Shown here one piece after another: positions 53,518 through 64,000 of a stretch of 64,000 nt of DNA. Origin of the DNA: Octopus sinensis. Taxonomy: Eukaryota. The stretch spans positions 930,001-994,000 of the forward strand of contig NC_043017.1 in assembly GCF_006345805.1 (NCBI RefSeq), in the 5' to 3' direction. The stretch's first letter is position 1, and every line of letters begins with the position of its first letter. The notes beneath the pieces are model-generated. The model worked only from the letters and a program-made list of their open reading frames with translations, did no database searches and had not been told where the DNA came from. The translations under genes and the position numbers were made by a program.

Positions 53518-56337
53518 ATGACCTATTATATTACATTATATTTCTACTACACACAACTTTCAGGAAAAGGTAAGACGATTACATTGACCCTTATATTATT
53601 GACCTGGAAATGATGAAAATGTAAGTTGACATCGGCAGAATTTGAACCTATGACGTGCTGAGACGGAAGAAATGTCTCTAAGCTCTTTCTCCGTCTTGTT
53701 TAACGAACCTGCCAGCTGGCCTCCTGTTAGATATTATATAATATTTCCTAAATTTGGCACAAGGCCAGCAATTTTGAGGGGTGAGGCAACCGATTGGCTA
53801 TGGCTCAGTAATTCACTGGTACTTTATGTTTATCGCTCTGAAAGAATGAAAGGCAATTTCAACCTCGGTAGTATTTGAATCCCAAACATAAGGAGCCGGT
53901 AGAAATGTCACAAAGCATTATTTTGTCCGGCACGTTAATCATTCTGCCAGATCAACCCCTTTTGTAGATAATATATTGAAAATTAAGTGTAATGAGGTAT
54001 AAAGATATATAAAGTAGGCCCTGGCATGGTTGCGTGTCAAGAAGTTAGCTTCGAAATGTCAAGGTTTCGGATTGAAATCTTTGTGAGAGAATTTGGTGGG
54101 CAGAAACTGAGAGGTCATCGTGTATGTGTGTGAATATACATGTATATGTGTGTGTCATTGTGTTTGTATGTGTCACCTCTTAGCTTCATAACAGGAGCTG
54201 GTTTGTAGACGTCCTCGGAGCTTTGTGGATCTGCCAAAGAAAATGGGTGTCAGAGTTTTAAAAACAATAAGTACTTTTACCGATTTATTCGACTAAAAAC
54301 CTCCAAAGCGTGCCCCAGCACGGCCGCAATCCAGGGACAGAAGTAAGTAAAAGAAACAAAACATAATTACATAGTGAAGCAAATAAACATTTCATGTCAA
54401 AAAGAAGAATGTTTGAATCAATACCATGATCTGTTGGTAGGTATCCTGTAGGTATGTATTTCAGTTTTTCAGACAAAATTGATTTAGGCAAAGTTAGTTA
54501 TATTTATAGGAAGTTGTGTATTAATAAGTAAAAGGAGAGACATCAAAGAAAAAAATCGGTCCTTGTTAGTAAAGTAGATTATTCATCATGATAATTGACA
54601 GGCTTTTAGCGTGGTAAAGTCTTCAGAGACATTTATTTAAATGCCATATTTAATTGGATGACCTGAAGGTGGGGAACTGCAAGGATCATTAGTGTGTCGC
54701 ATAAAATACTGTTTCTTCAATCTTTACGTTCTGAATTCAACATTCGCAGAGATCGACTTTACAGTTTAAATTTTCGGGGTCGATAAACTATGTTCCATTC
54801 AAATACCGTGGTCGATGTAATCGATTTCCGACATCCCGCAGATATGTCCGTCCTTGTGCCTGGTGTAGAAAGGATTACCCTCTTTTCCGGTGTATAAGCC
54901 GCTATTTTTTTACCTGGGAGGTTTAGTGTGTAACTTAGAGAAAGGTGCGCCTAACGTGTGTATTTTTTATAAGTTTCAGGAAGGAAATAATTTGTGTTTG
55001 GAGATCGAATGGTTCCACTGATTGTTGTCAGAGGATAGGTCGATTGGTGAATAACGTGAACGACTACTGCTACAGTACATTGGTGCCCGGAAGAAAACAA
55101 AACGTATTTGTTTTGGTTTATCTTCATGTTTTGATGTTTTTCTTTACTCTAATAAAGACTTTTCTTAGTGATGAAATGTTTTTGTTGTTGATTATAGTAA
55201 GATAAAACCCTAACAATAACAATACATCGTGTAGTTGTAAAATAAGGCATTTTGAAACTACATACACGTCGACAATAAAATAAGATAGCTGCGGACCCGT
55301 AGCTCTATAGGTATTTTAAACACCGGTGCGCTTTATGTGTAGATAAAAATAAAATTTCCCCCCCAAATTCGACCCTACGGCTTAAATATCGATGCGTTTT
55401 ATAGACTGGAAAATACCGTATTTGGTGGGCAGAACGTGGCAAAGTTGGTAGATTTCTTAACATTTCAGGCAAAATGTTTAGCATAATTTTTACTGACTCT
55501 CTACGTTCCGAGTTCAAATCCCCACCAAGATTGACTTCACATTATATCCTTTCGGGAGTCGATGAACTAAGTACCAGTCAAACACTGGGTCAATGTAATC
55601 GATTTACGCCTCCTCTAAAATTACTAGCGCCGAGCCAAAATTTGAAACTGTTATTATGAAGCCCAAACTGCTAATTCGTTACAACATCGGAAGTGATGTC
55701 TTTCAAGAATTCTTCCAGTTCTTCGCATTTCTTTGTTACAATCTCGTCGTGATAAACTTTGCAGATTATCCCTCCGGAGTTGATAACATAAAATAACATT
55801 CCATTAACAGCTGCCATGAAAATTGTGCCTAAATTAGAAGCAATCATTTGGCAAGGAGATTGTGAATAGAAACTTAGCAAAGCGTATTTCAAGTATTTCA
55901 GCTCTACACAAGAGATAAGATTTCTTATTTCCTGTAAGCGATTGAACTATTTTTAACATTTCATCTTAGGTCAAAAGGCGTGTCACGTTACCTTAATTTC
56001 GATATCGATGAAAAGTAACAAAGACGGAAAATAAAATTTCTTTGATGGGGATCTCTGGAGGAGTGGTTTGAGAGGCGAATCTCATTTAAAATTGTTCACT
56101 GTAAAACTATTGAAACCTTAAAAACCATTACCGACAAAGTGCTCGAGCCGTTTTCTTTTCCTGTCATTTTCACGTACTCAATGTTTCGCTGGTTAAGAGC
56201 AGGAATGCTAAGTGGGTGTCTGTGTTTTCTTGCGACTACATAGACACGTACAACAGTTAATAGAAAGCGTAAAACACGGTGTCGAGTCAGAATCGGCTTG
56301 TGAGTGACATCTTATGCTTAGCTAACGGTTATCATCA

Positions 56338-56375
56338 TAAGTGTAAGCACCTGTATATACAGGTGCTTACACTTA
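56338..56375. repeat. Perfect 38-bp palindrome
   Basis: TAAGTGTAAGCACCTGTATATACAGGTGCTTACACTTA equals its own reverse complement. Confidence 0.97.
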
Positions 56376-57084
56376 ACAAATATTCACTCTAAATTTACAG
56401 TACCTACTTGGTTATCAGCGTAATATAGATCTTTTGTCAGAATCATAGAAATATATTCTTATGAGTTGTTAATATAACACAAGTGTGCTGCATTCGTTTT
56501 CCCTGAAAACATCGTTCATTGCTGTACGTATTAAATGATGGCACACAGTTTCATCAACGTATAGTGAATTACCGGTTTTCTAGGAACTGAATTGAATGTC
56601 ATAAGACTCTCGAATATTCTTAACTTTGAGTTCTTACTGTAAGATATTCATGTTCTTCTTAAATCTAATATTTCTTATTAAGAGGAACACGTTATCCTTG
56701 CAGTTGCTGAGCAACGGATTTCCAGGTTTCCCCTTCAGCTTAATAAGGAATATTTGATTGGGAGAAGACTTTGAATGTCTTCCAGCAAGACCTCGGGAGG
56801 AAGATTGGAATCAAGAATCTAAACGGAATCGTCTAGTTATATACAGCAGTTAGACAAAAGTGCGTTGTCTTCTCTGACTAATATCGGAATACCTTGGGCG
56901 ACGTCGGTGAAAAATCTGCCAGAAGACTTCGCTTTCAGAAGAGGTCCCAACTCCCTATAGTACCCATTTTCTATTGAAAGTAAACGAAAAGAAAGAATAC
57001 TGGATTTTTGTAGAAACACAACCGTTCAGAAAACAAACCGAACTCACTGTGTCATTGGTTATATCAGAAAAAATATTATGTGTT

Positions 57085-57355
57085 TCTGATGATTTCTAGT
57101 TGGGATGCTTTGATATTGTGCTGCAATCAAAAATCCGCCAGCCTCTGCTTTGAGCCCTGAGCTTCTCAACCATCCTTGGGATTTTACTTTATCTAATTCT
57201 TTTTCTGTTTAGCTTATCCCAATATTTGCCTTGTGAGATCTTTTCATGCCATCATTTTATCATGAAAATAATTCTTGTTCCTCTTTTAGTTTGGAGTTCA
57301 CTTATTTTACAGCTGTTGTTGTTTCTACTTTTTCTTCATAGTTGTCAGGTAGTAT
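57085..57355 (-). mobile_element. R4/Dong-like ORF fragment
   Basis: WHEKISQGKYWDKLNRKELDKVKSQGWLRSSGLKAEAGGFLIAAQYQSIPTRNHQKHII, the conserved post-RT region of R4-type elements. Abuts a (GAA)n tract. Confidence 0.8.
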
Positions 57356-57987
57356 GCTTTCTTCTTCTTCTTCTTCTTCTTCTTCTTCTCTTCTTCTTCT
57401 TCTTCTTCTTCTTCTTCTTCTTCTTCTTCTTCATGCATGTATGTACATACATACATATAAAAAGACCCTGTTCTTGAAATACCAATGATGGAACCTTGGA
57501 TCTAGGTTAGAAACCGGTTCTTTCTATATTGAGATAGAAATGAATAATAACATACATGCATGCATGCATGCATACATACGTAAACACATACATAAACACA
57601 TACATACATAATTGCATACACGCGTTGAACTATACATTAGAATTATAACAGATTTGATAACGTTCCTATATAAATGTCTTTAGATACAATTTCATTATAT
57701 CCTTGCAAATATCTTGTTAATTATACAACATATATATTCTGCATTAAGGGAATTTTCATTTATGCATATATTAACTTATCTTTCCATAATGTTTATATTA
57801 GATGTACTAATAATTGTACGACCGATGGAAAACTTCAGCCCCATTGCCATCGTTAACGCGTAGCCAGTGAGAAATCTTTTGATATGAATGAACACAACAA
57901 TATGGCAAGAATATAAACGCAGAGATCTGCAGAGATTGTATACAAGTCTTGTAGAATATATAATATATTATCAAGAAATTATGGATA

Positions 57988-58023
<36 letters not shown>

Positions 58024-58548
58024 ATAAGTATGTGAGTGTGTATACATGCACATATACATACACTTACGCACAAAAGCATGCATACCGGGACACACGCACA
58101 CACACGCAAGCAAATGATGTATTCCTGAGCGTATGTGGGTTTGAAATATGCATCTTCTTGAAGTTAATTTACATATATATTGAAATAGTCATCGTCAGTA
58201 AGTTTTATGTAAAACACGTCGGCACATTGAAACCGAACTTATATGAAATATCTCCATTTAGAAATTCATACAAACCGCCCTACACACCACTACACACACG
58301 CACATATATATCTACGCGCGCACAAAATCACATACATACATACATACATACATGCATACATACATATATATATGTGTATGCATGTGTGTGTGTGTGTGTG
58401 TGTTTATATACAAACTTACATGCATTCGTACATACGCGCACATAAATGTGTGTGTGAATATATATATATTTATACACACACGCACACACTTATATATATA
58501 TATGTATGTATATAAATATATATATATATACATATATATACACATATA

Positions 58549-58606
<58 letters not shown>

Positions 58607-58648
58607 TATGTACATATATATATATATATTTATACATATGCCTACATA

Positions 58649-58680
<32 letters not shown>

Positions 58681-58884
58681 ATTATGCTCATATGATAATG
58701 CGCGAACGTAAAAAGACTACTCACATTGAAAATTATGTTGTCTGTATACTTTTCCCTGATTTTCAGTAGTCAAAGTCGGACGCTAAAATACTTGAGTGCA
58801 TATGTATCTAAGTGGCTGCATATCTGTGATTTTTATACACACACACGCACGCACACTTACACACACACACATGTACACACACAC

Positions 58885-58932
<48 letters not shown>

Positions 58933-58943
58933 GCATAAGTATG

Positions 58944-58974
<31 letters not shown>

Positions 58975-59785
58975 CAGATTGTCACGTATCATGCCACATG
59001 CATCGCTATAATATTTATATCAGTTATTATACATTCATTTTCAATATTATAATTGCTAATTCGGGTAACTCAATGCATTGCAAATAATTTCATTTTTTTT
59101 TCTTTCATAAGCTCTTATTTGCATTTTACATTATTTTCTGTAAAATCTGTAAGTTTGGATTTTAAAATAAATTTGAATAAGTATGCTTATACATACATTT
59201 GCTTAAAACCGCAGATCGTATCGGTGTGTTTAAGCTGAGACGCAAAGTTCTGAAGCCGTGTGTTTGTTGTGTGGTGTTTTGGTGTTGAAATTTCGGGAAT
59301 GATACGCCAGAGTAATGACCTGATTTTTCAGACTTAATTTAAAAATTGAAAAAGAAATTAACCATTATGTAAATTAAAAATTAAAAAAACTCCGCCTCAA
59401 TATAAGTAGATTGTACTGATATTTAATTAGTAAACATTTTTTCTGCGATCCTGCTATATTTTGTCGTTATAAATGCTCATCATTATGCAGCAAACACATA
59501 CACACACAAGCACACGCACACACATGCACACACAGGGGTGAATACGCACAAACGCAAACACATACACGCAAAAGCACGCACACACACACAAACACGCGCA
59601 CACGCAAACACACACACTTATAATTCCTGTTTCAGAGACGGAAGGAAAAATAGAGAAAGATAGCTAGGTAGAGAGATATACAGATAGAAATAGAGTGAGA
59701 GAGAGAGAGAGTGAGAGAGAGTATGAGAGAGAGAAAGAGAGAAAGAGAATGAGAGATAGATAAATAGACAGAGAGACAGACAGAC

Positions 59786-59884
<99 letters not shown>

Positions 59885-61675
59885 GAGAGAGAGGTTGATA
59901 AAACAATGGACACGTCTAGGCTCGCGGACTGGTGGGATTATCAGTGCCTCGAACGAGATACCTTGTCATACTAGGTCCTGTTATTTATGGTCCCTATTCT
60001 AAGGCGATGCACATCATGCATCTCTAGTTTATCACCACCACCAGCACTTCCACAACCACAACCAGCACCAAAACCACCACCACAATCATACCGGCATAAT
60101 CAGCACCAACACTATCAACACCATCACGGAGTTTATTCTGTTCCCATAATCCGAGCTTGCACACTAGTTTGTGATATTCTCCTCTCTTCTTGCTACCATC
60201 CCCGGGCATCCATAAAAATAAATCAATGTGAATTTTGTCTTTATTTAACAGATTGAATGCTACACTCAACAACATGCTTGCTTCTTGTATCAGATGACTA
60301 TTTATTTAGATATGAACAAGACTGCGTCTAGACAAATCTCGTTTACATCATCCACGACATCACTCTGTCTGATACCCGTCAAATGTAGAAAAACTGCTAA
60401 TGGAAAAGAGGAGCTTAAAAATATCGAAATAAACTGATATTTATGCACCTTACTATATCTCTACTGATGCTAGCTCTTGTTATACAAAGGAGAATGAATT
60501 TTCGCCAAATCTAAATTGGTATTAAGAAAGATAAGGATGAATTTGAAACAGAAAACGACTAAGAACTTCACATTGGCCCTATATGCTGTTTTCTATGACA
60601 AATCACTTCTAATAACGACAAATAACACCTTACGTCGAAAATCTATCGAGGCCGTTTGTCCATCTAATGTGTCCTTGTGAATTAGTATAAATGGATTATG
60701 TAATTCCTAAAATGCTTTGTACTGATTGTAGTTGTCTAATATCTTAAGGACACGATCTTATCTGTTTAAATATTGGTAGACCTGAAGATTTTGTGATTAT
60801 CGTCGTTGATTTGGCTTCTTGATGCTTCTAGTTTTGTCTCAGTCACAATCCAATCCAATTTTACTCTTCTGATTGGTTCAGTCAATAGCTTACCGCAATT
60901 TCGGAACTTTGCCTTGAAGGACTTAGTGAATAAATCGACTCCGTTCGTAATTTTAAAGTCTGGAAATTATTGTATCTCGTCAGATTTGCTAAATCACAAT
61001 GCCACGGTGTTGTATAAAGCGGCGAGGACGAACAGGGATGAAAAGCAAAGACACAGATACAGACACACTCACACACAGACACATTCACACGCGCACAAAT
61101 ACACACACTCTTACACACAAACACACACTGACATGTGTACAGGAATCATCTTTTCGCTGTCGTTGATAGTAACTCTGGTACATTTCTAAAGTCTTTACCA
61201 AGTTCACATTTTGACAAATATTCGGCTTAGGTCCCTAGTGTGAGAATACATCCCTCGATTCTTCGAAACAATGTTGAAGTGTCTGAAAAGACTCAGAGAA
61301 TGTGGGCTTCTTCAGAAAAAAACAATCTTGAAACTGAACATAAACTCGTCGCTTCATTGTACCAATCTTGAAGAGGCTTAAAATAGTTATGGGGCAGATA
61401 TTCATTGTGTGACTAAGGTCTCTAAGCTGAAGATAAACCCCCTCAATCCTCCGAACAAATGTCAGATACCTTGAATATGGCAAGAGGTGCTGGATTTCCC
61501 CTGCCAACCAAGAAATTTAGAGAAGAATATTGTATCAAACAAGGAAATGTGTAGTAAATAAATTCATCGATAATTTCAAAGCAATTAATCTTTCTTCACT
61601 CTTTCTTTTCTCTTCTGTTATCTCTGAGGCATTTGTTATGTATTTTAGTACGTTTCTGTTCAATTTCTTAATATT

Positions 61676-62007
61676 CACCACCACCACCAACAACAACAAC
61701 AACAACCCCACCACCGCCGGCAGCGACAGCGATCAACAACAAAATACTGCCAACACATCACCACAACACCAAACACGACCATCACTGCAACTACCACAGT
61801 CTCGACAGCCTTCACCACCACCACCACCACCACCACCACCACCACCACCGTCACCACCACCACCATCACCACCACCATCACCACCACCACCACCGACAAA
61901 AATGATAGTAACCAACAACAAAATACTGCCAACACATCATCACAACCCCAAAGAATACCACCACTGCAACTACCACAGTCTCGACAGCCTTCACAACCAC
62001 AACCACT

Positions 62008-62039
<32 letters not shown>

Positions 62040-62265
62040 CAACACCGCCACCACCACCATAGACACCGTGATTAACAAACACCATCACTACCAAAACCAC
62101 CACTTCCACCCACAACATAACAGTCTTTACAACCCCAACTACCACCACCACCACCACCACTACCACCACCACTACCAACCCCGACAACCACAACAACAAC
62201 AACAAAGCCTCTACCACACCACTGGCCCCACCACCACCACCACCATCCACCACCATCAACACTCA
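61676..62265. repeat. (ACC)/(AAC) trinucleotide region with a duplicated ~180-bp unit
   Basis: aacaacaaaatactgccaacacatca...actgcaactaccacagtctcgacagccttcac occurs at ~61735 and ~61915. Confidence 0.85.
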
Positions 62266-62339
62266 TTAATAATGTCTCGACACAAAAATAATAGACAAAC
62301 AGTCTTAAATACCGATAAGCTGTTTGTCTTTTCTTTTAT

Positions 62340-62365
62340 ACATTATTAATATCATTACTCTTATT

Positions 62366-62447
<82 letters not shown>

Positions 62448-62450
62448 TAC

Positions 62451-62495
<45 letters not shown>

Positions 62496-63009
62496 TCGGT
62501 CAGTAGTTATTTATGTATGCTACGATTCTGCCAATTTCGACCCTTCATTGGATCAAGAGATTAGTCTCCTTTTTCAATCGCGATTATGCTGAAGAATAAA
62601 TCTTAAGACTTTTATCGCCGAAAATTGAATTTATGTCCTGATCATCATCATCTTCATTTCTATTTTCTTTCCTTTTTTTCATTTTTCTCTCAACTCAATT
62701 TTGTCTGAAATTTTTATTTTTAATAAATAAAAACAAAATAATTTATCTATTAATACTTCACATACTTTCTTTCTTTTCTTCCTTCTTTCTATCTTCCTCA
62801 CTTCTGTCATCTCTCTATCTTGTATTAAGTCTTCTCATATCTTTCTACTCTTCTACGATTAACCTCTCTCATTATCTCCGCCAACTTACTTTCACTTTCC
62901 ATCAAATATCTTGCATTTCCTTTAATGTTTCTACAGTTTTTTCCGCCATATTTGATTTCTACGTTTTAGCCTTCACTCTTGTTATTATTGTTGCTGGTGT
63001 TGTTGTTGC

Positions 63010-63040
<31 letters not shown>

Positions 63041-63067
63041 CTTCTTCTTCTTCTTCTTCTTCTTCTT

Positions 63068-63098
<31 letters not shown>

Positions 63099-63182
63099 TT
63101 ATTATTACTATTACTATTATTATTATTATTATTATTATTATAATTAGTATTATTATCATCATTATTATTATTATTATTATTA

Positions 63183-63232
<50 letters not shown>

Positions 63233-63245
63233 TTATCATTATTAA
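62340..63245. repeat. (ATT)n and compound (GTT)n(CTT)n(ATT)n tracts
   Basis: Direct reading at 62340-62495 and 62980-63245. Similar tracts at 3764-3889, 4640-4840, 30958-31090, 37835-37948 and 57356-57432. Confidence 0.95.
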
Positions 63246-63530
63246 GCAGCGAGATGAAACGGCTTGCTGGTAGAATTGTTATCGTGTTGGAGAAAATCGC
63301 TTAGAGTCATTTCTTCCGACTGAGTTCTCCTTATTTCAGATTCTGTCGAGGTCGGCTTTGCGCTTCATCTTTTCCTTGGTCGTTAAGTGCCAATTGAGCA
63401 CTGAGGCCTAAGTGATCGGCTTACCTCATCATTCGAAATTCCTGGCCTTGAGCAAAAATTTGAAATCAATATTAAGCAGTTAGATGGCCGAATTATTAGA
63501 AAGCCGGACAAGGTGCTTGGCAGTATAATA

Positions 63531-63792
63531 GTCTCTCTTAATCTCTCTTACTTGTTTTAGCCATTTGACTGCGGCAATGCTAGAGCACCGCCTTTAGTCA
63601 AGCAAATCGGCTCTAGGGCTTATTTTTTGGAAGCCTAGTGCTTATTCTATCGATTCATTTTGCCGAACCGCTAAGATACGGGGTCGTAAACACACCAACA
63701 TCGATTATCAAGCGATGTTGGGGGGACAAACACAGATACACAAACATACACACACACACAGACACATACACAAACACACACACATACACACA

Positions 63793-63877
<85 letters not shown>

Positions 63878-64000
63878 TGCGATGCGCTTCTTTCAGTTTC
63901 CGTATACCAAATCCACTCACAAGGCTTTGGTCGGCCCGAGGCTATAGTAGAAGACACTTGCCCAAGATGCCACGCAGTGGGACCGAACCCGGAACATGTG
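63531..64000 (-). mobile_element. SINE family A; head runs off the window end
   Basis: Reverse complement of the family A body, with a (taagagaga) tail at 63531-63550. Confidence 0.88.

Noticed and set aside
61235-61507. 90-aa ORF faintly resembling a CR1/L2 RT (PITILS...RRVYVQ)
   Set aside because: Similarity is too weak to support by eye; it needs an HMM search.
61530-62349. Pro/His/Thr/Val-rich ORFs (mucin- or extensin-like)
   Set aside because: Several overlapping frames on both strands are open because of (ACC)/(AAC) repeats; no splice or domain evidence.

Overview
Repeat-dominated, AT-rich eukaryotic DNA. The tRNA-derived SINE families, very long TA/CA/TATC/AAT microsatellites and mariner relics look like an Octopus (cephalopod) genome; this is recognised from repeat content, not verified. 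No host protein-coding gene is confidently supported, and nearly all long ORFs in the track are translations of microsatellites. Contents: (i) dozens of copies of three tRNA-headed SINE families; (ii) two near-full-length dead mariner elements with TIRs, a maT/DD37D-type transposase relic, short mariner derivatives and a hAT MITE with a perfect 8-bp TSD; (iii) fragments of R4/Dong-like, Tx1/L1-like and RTE-like LINEs and a Penelope-like endonuclease; (iv) a ~2-kb duplication around a 100-N gap, probably an assembly artefact. The most notable observation is an almost canonical minimal type I hammerhead ribozyme on the minus strand at 13300-13350. Second is a head-to-head tRNA-like palindrome at ~47400-47560, with a hammerhead relic on one arm and a Penelope endonuclease relic on the other. 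Together they suggest a Penelope/ribozyme-linked non-autonomous element family. R4/Dong-like inserts repeatedly sit in (TAA)n tracts. All coordinates were read by eye.
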